A DNA stretch of 64,000 bases from an uncultured delta proteobacterium (GTDB lineage: Bacteria > Myxococcota_A > Polyangia > Palsa-1104): NCBI GenBank assembly GCA_963785725.1, contig CAWAWS010000017.1, positions 64,001 through 128,000 of the forward strand, read 5' to 3'. Below are positions 47,860-56,436 of the stretch, one piece after another. The position numbers were made by a program, and so were the translations under genes. The notes beneath the pieces were generated by a model. It did no database searches, had not been told where the DNA came from, and was given only the letters and a program-made list of their open reading frames with translations. Positions within the stretch are counted from its first letter, which is position 1; each line of letters begins with the position of its first letter.

Positions 47860-48937
47860 TTAGCCCGCCTTCGATATTCAGTCCGTCGCGCGACTCCAAG
47901 AGCGCGAAATCGAGATAGCGGAAATGGAAGTAATCGATCTTGGCTTCCAGCTCGAGCGCGCGATGGACCCACGGCAAGCGCCAGCTGATCTTGCCGCCGA
48001 GCAGCCCCGACCAGAAGTTGGACAGCTCGCGATCGGCGGTCACGAAAGGCTCGTCGAAGTTGTCGGTCGTATAGTTCTCGCGATAGAAGCTGGCGGCGCG
48101 TTGATAATAGAAACGCCCGCGTAGACGCAGCGTCACGTCGCCGAAGGTGACGAAATAGCGCGCCTGAATCGTATGCGCCTGAACGCCCCAATTGTCGGCA
48201 TAAAAGCGATAGTCACCCTGTAAAGCGGTGTCGCTGAATAGGTGACGATTGAGCGCCAATACGACTGCGTGTCGATAACGATCATAAGGGACGGTTTCGG
48301 GCACTTTGAACGGCGCATTCCCCGCTAAGTCGGGCGTTTGAATGCGCACGAAACGATAAGGGCTCGCTTGATATCCGTCGTCATACGAAAACGAATACGA
48401 GAGCTGCGCGATGGTGCGCTTATCGATCACTTGGCTCCACGACGCCGAGACGCCGTTGACGAGCAGCGAGCGGTGAAACAGCTGATCGCCCGCGCGTCCG
48501 ATGGCGTTCGCCGACACCGAGTAGCCGAGGGCGAGCGTCGCATTGCGCTCGAACAGATCTTGCGCCAGCCCGAGCTCGACGTTGTGCGAGGAATAGTCGT
48601 TCTCGACCGAGTAGACGTAGCTGCCGGAGAGCGTCGTCGCGTGTAGCTTCTGCGTGAGGCCGCCCGTGATCTCGCTGCGAAAGTCGCTCATGCGCTTGGT
48701 CGCGTTGCTGATGACGTCGACCGACGCCGAGCTGACGATGTCGGCGACATAGCTGGCCGAGACGGTGCCGCCAGACCACGCGTCGCGCGAGATGGCCGTC
48801 AGCGGCGACACGACCGTCGTATGATCGTTGTCGGTATAGACCTGCGTCTTGGCCGTGAATTGATCGTCGGCGCGCGCGAATGGCGGGCTGAGCCCGGCGA
48901 GCGACACGAAGATCGCGAGCGCGCGCTTCAGTTGCAC
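47846..48937 (-). CDS. DUF3570-family outer-membrane beta-barrel protein
   Basis: Starts MQL overlapping the upstream GCGCN; DIVSSASVDV, SVENDYSS, GYQASPYRFV, YRFYADNWGVQAHT, TADRELS; terminal aromatic residue (NVIY). Confidence 0.82.
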   Translation of the reverse strand: MQLKRALAIFVSLAGLSPPFARADDQFTAKTQVYTDNDHTTVVSPLTAISRDAWSGGTVSASYVADIVSSASVDVISNATKRMSDFRSEITGGLTQKLHATTLSGSYVYSVENDYSSHNVELGLAQDLFERNATLALGYSVSANAIGRAGDQLFHRSLLVNGVSASWSQVIDKRTIAQLSYSFSYDDGYQASPYRFVRIQTPDLAGNAPFKVPETVPYDRYRHAVVLALNRHLFSDTALQGDYRFYADNWGVQAHTIQARYFVTFGDVTLRLRGRFYYQRAASFYRENYTTDNFDEPFVTADRELSNFWSGLLGGKISWRLPWVHRALELEAKIDYFHFRYLDFALLESRDGLNIEGGLNVIY

Positions 48938-49137
48938 CCGCAGCCGCCTCCGGCCGAGCCGTAGCCGCCGACGGCGCCTTCGCGCGCCTCCTGCATGTGC
49001 AGATCGAGCACGTCTTCGTGCGGATCGGGCTGAAACGTCATCGTCGGCTTCGCCAAAAGCTCGCGCTCGTAAGGCTTGACCCGCACGCAGCCGCTCGCGG
49101 CCAAGAGCGCCAACAGCCACGGCAAGAGCGGCTTCAT
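48928..49137 (-). CDS. DUF4266-family small lipoprotein
   Basis: Lipobox ASGC; VKPYERELLAKPTM...AREGAVGGYGSAGGGCGCN. Confidence 0.9.
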   Translation of the reverse strand: MKPLLPWLLALLAASGCVRVKPYERELLAKPTMTFQPDPHEDVLDLHMQEAREGAVGGYGSAGGGCGCN

Positions 49138-49712
49138 CGCGGCTGCAGCCCCATGAGCGTGAACACTTGCGCGCACGCGGCGTCGACGGGGCTCGGCTGT
49201 TTGGCGCCGCCGACCCACGCGACGAGCGGCTGCCACTCGGCGTCGTCGGCGAGCGTCTGCGCCGGATAGGCCGGGAAGATGCCGACGCCGTGGTGCTCGG
49301 CGCCGCCGAAGCTGGCCTTGAGCGGCTTGCCGAGCAGCGGAATGTGCTGCAAATCGGGCTGCGCCCGCTGCGCCGTCGTCGCGCCGTACAGCAGCCCCGA
49401 CACCGACTGGAAGTTCAGCTCGACCTCGGAGTCGGTGAGCAGGCCGTCGCGACCGTTGCGCGTCCCCGGATCGACTTGGCGCAGCTTTCCCGGCGAATAC
49501 AGGCGCAGCGCGTGATCGGCGTTGCCGTGGCAGGCCAAGTAGGAGCAGCGTCGAATCAGCACCGGCTCGACGGTGCAGACGAACTGGTCGTAGTCGAGGA
49601 ACGAGTCGGGCGAGCCGGTCGTCGCCAACCCCTGCTTGGGATCGAGCGCCGGGCAGCCGGCCAGCGCGACGACGACCAGGAGCGCGCCGGCCACGAGAAA
49701 GAAGCGACGCAC
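49134..49712 (-). CDS. Lipoprotein with CX4CH motif, possible atypical c-type cytochrome
   Basis: Lipobox LAGC; FVCTVEPVLIRRCSYLACHG; distal GGAEHHG; EWQPLVAWV. Confidence 0.65.
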   Translation of the reverse strand: MRRFFLVAGALLVVVALAGCPALDPKQGLATTGSPDSFLDYDQFVCTVEPVLIRRCSYLACHGNADHALRLYSPGKLRQVDPGTRNGRDGLLTDSEVELNFQSVSGLLYGATTAQRAQPDLQHIPLLGKPLKASFGGAEHHGVGIFPAYPAQTLADDAEWQPLVAWVGGAKQPSPVDAACAQVFTLMGLQPR

Positions 49713-49720
49713 GCGCGCCG

Positions 49721-50320
49721 TCAGAACCGCTGCGTCGGCGTGGCCGCCGTCCGCAGATCGACGGTGACGTTGCCGCCGGCGTCGATGCAGACGGCGTAAT
49801 GCTGCAAATAGCCGCTGCCGGGGCCGCTCGTGTGCTGGCCGTTGGCGTCGAAGCTGGCGCCGTGGCAGCTGCAGTAATAGGTCGTGCTCTGCAGCGCGAC
49901 GGGACAGCCGGCGTGCGTGCAGTCGGCGTCCATGGCGTAGAAGCCGCCCGCGTCTTTGGTGACGAAGATCGTGTACGGCTCGCCGCCGGCCGAGACGGCG
50001 TTGGCGAACGACTTGGGCGCGCCGACGGTGTAGCTCGACGCCGCGCCGGCGGCCAGCGTGCCCGGGGTGCAGCTCGACGCGCCGCCGCCGCCGGCCGCGC
50101 CGCCGCCGCCGCTTTCGCCGCCGTCGGCCAATCCATCGCCGGCCGCGCCGCCGCCGCCGGCACTTCCGCTGTCGACCGCGACGGTGCCGACCGCGCCTTC
50201 GGACAGCCGCGCCGGCGCCGCCGGGCTGCAGCCGGCGAGCCCGACCGTCAGCAGGCTCGCCCCTGCCACCGCACAGAAGTCGCGACGACTCGGGCAGCCG
50301 CCGCAGGATCCGTCGCGCAT
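49721..50320 (-). CDS. Tat-exported Rieske [2Fe-2S] lipoprotein
   Basis: SRRDFC twin-arginine motif, lipobox LAGC, Gly-rich linker, CTHAGC and CSCHGASF Rieske boxes. Confidence 0.9.
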   Translation of the reverse strand: MRDGSCGGCPSRRDFCAVAGASLLTVGLAGCSPAAPARLSEGAVGTVAVDSGSAGGGGAAGDGLADGGESGGGGAAGGGGASSCTPGTLAAGAASSYTVGAPKSFANAVSAGGEPYTIFVTKDAGGFYAMDADCTHAGCPVALQSTTYYCSCHGASFDANGQHTSGPGSGYLQHYAVCIDAGGNVTVDLRTAATPTQRF

Positions 50321-50426
50321 GTCACGTTGCCGCAGCAATCGCGATTCCCGTCCTAACTAACCGATTTTTCGTAGGTTGTTGCGGCATCGCGCCCCGGCGA
50401 CTGCGCTTCCGGTGACGGCCACGCCG

Positions 50427-50447
50427 TTGTGCGAATGATTCGCATAA
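50427..50447. promoter_or_regulatory. Fur-family-like operator palindrome
   Basis: Perfect 7-1-7 TGCGAAT-G-ATTCGCA (50430-50444), extending to 10-1-10 with one mismatch. Confidence 0.6.
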
Positions 50448-50663
50448 CCAATAAGGGCCGTATAACACGGAACCAGGCGCGCGTGTATCGCCGCGAGAGC
50501 GATCGGACGAGCGGCCGCGGCGTCGTGCCGGCGACTCGGTCCCGTGACGGTCGCTGCAGCCTCCTGCGAACCATTCGCGTGCTGCGCCGCCGATCGCGCC
50601 TGACGACGGCTGCAGCCGTAAAACGAAGGCGGACTTTCGTCGCGAGCTTGTTACCATCCGGTC

Positions 50664-51584
50664 GTGCGTGTGTTGCTCGTTGGTCTCGCTTTGTTCGCGG
50701 TCGGCTGCGGCGGCGGCCCGCCGTCGGGCACGGCCTGCAACGGTCACGACGAGCTGTGCGCGCGCACCTACGACGCCGTCACCTTCGCCGGCACGCATGA
50801 CGCCGACTCCAACATCGCCGACGGCTTCGGCGCGCCCGACCAAACCTACGGGCTCACGCGCCAGCTCGACGACGGCATCCGCGTCCTGCACTTGGAAATG
50901 CAGGAATACGACGGCGACGTCTACCTCTGTCATTCGTTGTGCGAAATCGGCAGCCGCCTGCTCGTCGACGACTTGAGCGAGGTCGCGGCCTGGACCAAAG
51001 CCCATCGCCGCGACGTCGTGACGCTGCTGATGGAGTCGACCGATGTCTCCAGCGACGACATCGCCGCGCGCCTGAAAAAGGCCGGGCTGGTCTCGTCGCT
51101 GCACGCGCAAACCGCGGGTGCGCCCTGGCCGACGCTGGGCGCGCTCATCGCCAAAGGGGATCACGTCATTGCCTTCAACGATGACAAGACGAACACCGGC
51201 GGCGCGACGTTCCCGTGGCTGCTCGATCGCTTCGCCTGGACCTGGGAGACGCCGTGGGACAACGAGCAGCTCGCCGACTTCGCGCGCTGCAACGCCGACC
51301 GCGGCACCGCCGGCAACAGCCTGTACGTCGTCGACAATTACCCCGAAGATCGGGTGATCCCCGACGCTGCCGACGCCGAACGCTTCGAGCGCAATCCGTT
51401 TCTGATCGATCGGCTGCTGCACTGTGGCGAGGTCAGCGGCGTGCGCCCCAACTTCGCCATGGTCAACTACTACGAGGTCAGCGACGTCTTCGCCGATGTC
51501 GATATCCTCAATGGATTTGCGGCATTACCCAGCGACAACGTGGACGCATTCCCGCCGCTACAAGATATGGGCGGCAGCGACTGA
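50664..51584 (+). CDS. PI-PLC-like phosphodiesterase lipoprotein
   Basis: Lipobox [52 protein letters not shown]. Confidence 0.8.
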   Translation: MRVLLVGLALFAVGCGGGPPSGTACNGHDELCARTYDAVTFAGTHDADSNIADGFGAPDQTYGLTRQLDDGIRVLHLEMQEYDGDVYLCHSLCEIGSRLLVDDLSEVAAWTKAHRRDVVTLLMESTDVSSDDIAARLKKAGLVSSLHAQTAGAPWPTLGALIAKGDHVIAFNDDKTNTGGATFPWLLDRFAWTWETPWDNEQLADFARCNADRGTAGNSLYVVDNYPEDRVIPDAADAERFERNPFLIDRLLHCGEVSGVRPNFAMVNYYEVSDVFADVDILNGFAALPSDNVDAFPPLQDMGGSD

Positions 51585-51628
51585 AAACCGGCGGTTGCGC
51601 ACATTCCGTGTCATACTGCGCGACTTCC

Positions 51629-52891
51629 ATGGAATCGACGTTCGACAATCTCGGCCTCATCGAGCCTCTGACCCGCGCGGTCAAAGAGGAAGGCTATACG
51701 CAACCCACACCCATTCAAGTCGCCGCTATCCCGCCTGTTCTCGAAGGGCGCGATCTGCTCGGCTTGGCGCAGACGGGCACCGGCAAGACGGCGGCGTTCG
51801 CGCTGCCGATCTTGCAACGCTTGTCGCAGTCCGGCCGCCGCCCGCATGGCGATCGGCCCATCGCCGTCCTCGTCTTGACGCCGACGCGCGAGCTCGCGGC
51901 GCAGATCGGCGAGAGCTTCGCGGCCTACGGCAAACACCTCGGTTATCGGCACGCGGTCATCTTCGGCGGCGTCGGGCAGCGCGAGCAGGAGCGCGTGCTG
52001 CGCGCCGGAATCGACATCCTCGTGGCGACGCCGGGACGACTGCTCGATCTTTGCCAGCAGCGCATCGTGCACCTCAATCGGCTCGAGATCTTCGTGCTCG
52101 ACGAGGCCGATCGCATGCTCGACATGGGCTTCATTCACGACGTGCGCAAAGTGATCGCGCTGATTCCGCCGAAGCGGCAGACGCTGTTCTTCTCGGCGAC
52201 GATGCCGCCCGACGCGCAGAAGCTCGCCGATCAGCTGCTGCACGATCCGGCGACGGTGGCGGTGACGCCGGTGTCGTCGACGGCGGAAGCGGTCGATCAG
52301 TCGGTCTTTCTCGTCGAGAAGAATGACAAGCGCTCGCTGCTCTTGCATCTGTTGCGGGACGCGGCCATTTCGCGCGCGCTCGTCTTCACGCGCACCAAGC
52401 ACGCCGCCAATCGCGTCGCCGAGTTCCTCGAGAAGGCCAACGTCAAGGCGGACGCCATCCACGGCAACAAGTCGCAGAACGCGCGCGAGCGAGCCTTGGC
52501 GCGCTTCAAACGCGGCGAGTCGCGCGTGCTCGTGGCGACGGACATCGCGGCGCGCGGCATCGACATCGACGCCGTGTCGCACGTCGTCAACTTCGATCTA
52601 CCCAACGTTCCCGAGACCTACGTACACCGTATCGGCCGCACGGCGCGTGCCGGCGCGAGCGGCGCGGCGTTGTCGTTCTGCGACACCGAAGAGCGCGCGT
52701 TCTTGGCCGACATCGAGCGGTTGATTCGTCGTCGCGTCGAGGTCGTCGCCGAGCATCCGTTCCGCTCGACGGTGCCGCTGTCGGTGCGCCCGGCCATTTC
52801 GGCCGCGCAGCCGCAGCAGCAGCGGGCGGCCGGCGGCGGTCGTCCGGCGGCGCGCAACGGCGCACAAACGCGCTGGCGGCGGCGCCGCTGA
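51629..52891 (+). CDS. rhlE: DEAD-box RNA helicase, RhlE-like
   Basis: [46 protein letters not shown]. Confidence 0.9.
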   Translation: MESTFDNLGLIEPLTRAVKEEGYTQPTPIQVAAIPPVLEGRDLLGLAQTGTGKTAAFALPILQRLSQSGRRPHGDRPIAVLVLTPTRELAAQIGESFAAYGKHLGYRHAVIFGGVGQREQERVLRAGIDILVATPGRLLDLCQQRIVHLNRLEIFVLDEADRMLDMGFIHDVRKVIALIPPKRQTLFFSATMPPDAQKLADQLLHDPATVAVTPVSSTAEAVDQSVFLVEKNDKRSLLLHLLRDAAISRALVFTRTKHAANRVAEFLEKANVKADAIHGNKSQNARERALARFKRGESRVLVATDIAARGIDIDAVSHVVNFDLPNVPETYVHRIGRTARAGASGAALSFCDTEERAFLADIERLIRRRVEVVAEHPFRSTVPLSVRPAISAAQPQQQRAAGGGRPAARNGAQTRWRRRR

Positions 52892-53051
52892 ACTTAGTAT
52901 AACCAGTGTCGAATTGATCGGGAGACGAACGGGAGACGAGGACGGCGCGCAGCATTAGATCACACAGGCAGCATTGTGACGGCGCGGCTGGACTTCGAAT
53001 CGCTGGATCGAGAACGAGCGATACTGTTTAGGTGACCAAGAGGAGTGGTAC

Positions 53052-53243
53052 ATGGCGATGCAAGGCCGACCTTCGATCAACAAGCGCAACCGTGAGCAGG
53101 CCAAACGCGAGAAGCAGCAAGAAAAGGCGCAGCGTCGCGCCGAGCGTACGGTCGAGAAGCGTAACAAAGGCGATGCCCCCGACGGTGAAGATCCCGATAT
53201 CGCCGGCATCATCCCCGGGCCGCAGCCCATTCTCGAAGAGTAG
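53052..53243 (+). CDS. Small protein (63 aa), basic N-half and acidic C-half
   Basis: Strong RBS (AGGAG 53041-45); KRNREQAKREKQQEKAQRR...EDPDIAGIIPGPQP. Confidence 0.75.
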   Translation: MAMQGRPSINKRNREQAKREKQQEKAQRRAERTVEKRNKGDAPDGEDPDIAGIIPGPQPILEE

Positions 53244-53343
53244 CCCGCTTCGATTGCGGTGACGGCGCCGGCGCGGGCCACGCCCGTTTGCCGGCGTTCG
53301 TCGCCCAGCAGTACAAAAACCGAACATGTAGCGCTGCCTTGGC

Positions 53344-54732
53344 TTACTTCGGGACGCGGCGCTTCAGCTTCTCGACCAGCGTCGTGCGGTTGAGACCGAG
53401 CAGCTGCGCCGCGGCGTTGCGATTGCCGCCGGTGCGCGCCAACGCTTGCTCGATGAGCGTGTCCTCGATCTGCGCCACCGTCGCACGCAGGTCGAGCCCT
53501 TCGGGCGGCAGCGACGTCGGCTTTTCGCCGCCCGCCGTCGCCGCGCTGGCGTTGCCGGCCGCGGCCTCGCCGTTGGCTTCGTCGCGCGCCTTGATGATCG
53601 CCGGCGGCAGCGCGTCGAGCTGCAGCCGCCCGCGCTTCTGAAAGATGACCATGCGCTCGACGACGTTGCCGAGCTCGCGCACGTTGCCGGGCCAGCGGTG
53701 GCGCGCGAGCGCGTCGAGGAGCTGCTGCTCGACGCCGTCGACGTTGGTGCCGTGACGCGTGTTGGAGACGGCGACGAAGTGCTCGACCAAGAGCGGAATG
53801 TCGCCCGGTCGTTCGCGCAGCGCCGGCAACTTCACGTCGATGAGGTTCAGCCGGTAATAAAGATCTTCGCGGAAGGTGCCCGCTTTGACCATCGCCGCCA
53901 AGTCGCGATGGGTGGCGCCGATGACGCGCACGTCGGCCGAGCGCAGCGTCGAATCGCCGAGCACCTCGTATTGCCGCTCTTGGATGACGCGCAACAGCTT
54001 CACTTGGAACTGCAGCGGCATGTCGCCGATCTCGTCGAGGAAGAGCGTGCCGCCCTCGGCGAGCTGGAAGCGGCCGGCGCGCGCGTGGGTGGCGCCGGTG
54101 AACGCGCCGCGCGCGTGGCCGAACAGCTCCGACTCGAGCAGCGCTTCGGGAATGGCGCCGCAGTTGACGGCGATGAACGGCCCTTCGGCGCGCTTGGAGG
54201 CGCGATGGATCGAGCGCGCCACGACCTCTTTGCCGGTGCCGCTCTCGCCCGAGATGAGCACGGTGGCGTCGGTCTCGGCGACGGCGGCGACGACGTCGAG
54301 CACCTCTTTGAACGAGTGCTCCTCGCCGACGACCGAGCCCGACGCCACTTTGTCGCGGCCGAAGGTGTCGGCCAAGAGCGCGCGCAACGTCTCGGGCGTG
54401 AACGGCTTGGTCAGGAAGTTGGCGGCGCCGGCGCGCATGAGCTCGACCGCGGCGGCGACCGTCGCGTGACCGGTGAGCACGACGACGGGCACGCGCTTCT
54501 GCACGGCCGCGGCCACGACGCTGCGGCCGCCGGCGCGCGGCATCTCGAGGTCGGTGATGACGAGCTCGGGTCGAATGCGCTCGAGCTTCTCGGCGGCGTC
54601 GAAGCCGTCGACGGCGGTCGTGACCTCGCAGTTCTCGCGAACCAAGCAGCGCTCGAGCGTGCGGCGCACGTCGGCGTCGTCTTCGACGATGAGAATCCTG
54701 CGTTTGGCTACGCCCTCGAATCCGGAGGCCAT
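53344..54732 (-). CDS. Sigma54-dependent response regulator (REC-AAA-HTH) with FleQ/FlrA-like C-terminus
   Basis: [43 protein letters not shown]...LGLNRTTLVEKL. Confidence 0.93.
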   Translation of the reverse strand: MASGFEGVAKRRILIVEDDADVRRTLERCLVRENCEVTTAVDGFDAAEKLERIRPELVITDLEMPRAGGRSVVAAAVQKRVPVVVLTGHATVAAAVELMRAGAANFLTKPFTPETLRALLADTFGRDKVASGSVVGEEHSFKEVLDVVAAVAETDATVLISGESGTGKEVVARSIHRASKRAEGPFIAVNCGAIPEALLESELFGHARGAFTGATHARAGRFQLAEGGTLFLDEIGDMPLQFQVKLLRVIQERQYEVLGDSTLRSADVRVIGATHRDLAAMVKAGTFREDLYYRLNLIDVKLPALRERPGDIPLLVEHFVAVSNTRHGTNVDGVEQQLLDALARHRWPGNVRELGNVVERMVIFQKRGRLQLDALPPAIIKARDEANGEAAAGNASAATAGGEKPTSLPPEGLDLRATVAQIEDTLIEQALARTGGNRNAAAQLLGLNRTTLVEKLKRRVPK

Positions 54733-54918
54733 CCGCCGAACATCATATCTGGCAGGGCATCGCCGAACAAGAGCGCACTTGACGCTTCGGCGTTCCGACT
54801 TGCAAGTGCTGCACGTCGGTTTCCCTCGTCACGCGCCGACCGCTGAGTGGAATCGATCGAGCCCGCTCGGCGCGAAGTCGCGCTCGCTGGATCGTGGAAG
54901 CGCTGACGGGAGCTTGCG

Positions 54919-55419
54919 TTAGCGAATCGCGAGGCCGCGGCTCGGCGTCTGCGCCGGCGGCGTGTCCTCGAACATCTTGAGCGCCAACACTTTGAGCGCC
55001 GGGCCCGGATCGCGATCGGCTTCCGCCGAGCCTTGCGCCAGCATCGCGCCATCGTGATCGACGACCGTGACGGCGACGCGGTAGGACACGAACTGATAAT
55101 GCAGGTCGTTGACGATGTGGTGCCGCGAATCGTCGGGCGCATGCATCTGCGAGTCGTCGATGATCGTGCCTTTGACGGTCAGCGACACGTGCGCCATGGA
55201 GCGCGTGTCGTCGCCTTCGTACACGTCGTAGCCGCGCTTGCGCAGGCTCTCGATGAGCGCCCCGCGGCGCGCTTGCACGAGCTGCAAATCGCAGGCGCCC
55301 GAGACCTGCGCCGGCCCAACGGCGACCATCGGCAGCGTGCGCTGCGCGGTCACGGTCCAGCGCGCCGAGACACAGCCAGGCGCCAACATCGCGACCAAAG
55401 ACAACGGGAGCAATCGCAT
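54919..55419 (-). CDS. Hypothetical lipoprotein
   Basis: Lipobox LAPGC; RBS GGAGG just upstream. Confidence 0.65.
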   Translation of the reverse strand: MRLLPLSLVAMLAPGCVSARWTVTAQRTLPMVAVGPAQVSGACDLQLVQARRGALIESLRKRGYDVYEGDDTRSMAHVSLTVKGTIIDDSQMHAPDDSRHHIVNDLHYQFVSYRVAVTVVDHDGAMLAQGSAEADRDPGPALKVLALKMFEDTPPAQTPSRGLAIR

Positions 55420-55536
55420 CTACAGAACCTCCGACGGAAACATCGACGGAGGTGAAATCGACTTGAGCGTAAACGTGCTCGAATTACACGTTCGACGCGT
55501 TTTAGGCGTGAGGCGCGAATTTGATCCTTCTTATGG

Positions 55537-55595
55537 GCGCGCTCTCGTCGCGCTCACATCGCGCGCTTCGTCGCATCACATCGCGCGCGCTGTGA
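55537..55595. repeat. Imperfect tandem repeat (22-24 bp), probable regulator-binding array
   Basis: GCGCGCTCTCGTCGCGCTCACATC / GCGCGCTTCGTCGCATCACATC / GCGCGCGCTGTGA. Confidence 0.55.
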
Positions 55596-55668
55596 CGTTC
55601 GTCGGTCGAGCCGCCGGCGTCTGTAGGCGTTCGAGCGCCGCTGCTCCCACTTCGCGCGCGAGCTTTCG

Positions 55669-55684
55669 CGGCACGCGCTTTGCT
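55669..55684 (+). promoter_or_regulatory. Sigma54 (-24/-12) promoter of the PilZ gene
   Basis: CGGCACGCGCTTTGCT, close to the YGGCACG-N4-TTGCW consensus. Confidence 0.72.
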
Positions 55685-55698
55685 GACGAATGGCGCGC

Positions 55699-56055
55699 AT
55701 GAGACGAAGTGAGCGCATCGTGGTCGATATCCCGGTGGTCTGGACGCGCGCCGGGCGTGCCCTCTCCTGCGTCGCGCGTGACCTCAACCTGCACGGCCTC
55801 TTCTTGTGCACCGACGAGCTCGTCGAGCCCGGCTCGCTGATGCACCTGCGCGTCGGCTTGCCCGACCGGACGATCGATCTATTTGCGACGGCCCGCTTCG
55901 TCGGTCGCACGCTCGCCGGCAACGGCATCGGCGCCGAGATCTTCATCATCGACGACGCCAGCCGCGCCTGCTGGATCGCCTACTACCAGTCGGTGTTGTC
56001 GAGGGAAGCGGGCTCGCCGATCCCCGAAGCGCCGCGCGTCATGTTCAGCCGCTGA
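55699..56055 (+). CDS. Stand-alone PilZ-domain protein
   Basis: RRSER (RxxxR), DLNLHGLF (DxN/SxxG), GIGAEI. Confidence 0.8.
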   Translation: MRRSERIVVDIPVVWTRAGRALSCVARDLNLHGLFLCTDELVEPGSLMHLRVGLPDRTIDLFATARFVGRTLAGNGIGAEIFIIDDASRACWIAYYQSVLSREAGSPIPEAPRVMFSR

Positions 56056-56299
56056 TCCCTTCCGTCGCGCCCGTTTTCGCCGCTCAAACCCGCTCGGGCG
56101 CTGCCTCGTTCATCCTCGACTCCGTCTCATACATTGCTACAAGCATTCGTGTGCTGGCTTGCTGTCGGCGGCGCGTGTGTTTTGGTGCGAGCGGCGTCTC
56201 TGCCAGTGCTGCTGCCCGCAGAGCCGAGCCCGGGGTTACGCACGCTGGGCCGCGTAATTTCGGCAAATTCGGCCACTTCGTCTAGCGTCTCCGCGGAAG

Positions 56300-56356
56300 C
56301 GTCACTTCTCCGACGAGCGTCATGGAACCGTCGGCCTCCTCGTCAACCGCTTGACG
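56300..56356. promoter_or_regulatory. Three CGTCA-N6-YGWCG boxes (putative bEBP enhancer)
   Basis: CGTCA-cttctc-CGACG (56300), CGTCA-tggaac-CGTCG (56318), palindromic CGTCA-accgct-TGACG (56341). Confidence 0.5.
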
Positions 56357-56407
56357 GGCCAGCTCCCGATATCGCCTAAAACCCGTATTCCCCGCTACGC
56401 AAAAGGT

Positions 56408-56423
56408 TGGCAAAAGACGTGCA
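56408..56423 (+). promoter_or_regulatory. Sigma54 (-24/-12) promoter of the sigma28-like gene
   Basis: TGGCAAAAGACGTGCA = GG-N10-GC. Confidence 0.55.
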
Positions 56424-56436
56424 ATGCCTCCCTGAC

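Noticed and set aside
55537..55595. Mini-CRISPR array
   Set aside because: The repeats are adjacent with no spacers, and there are no cas genes.
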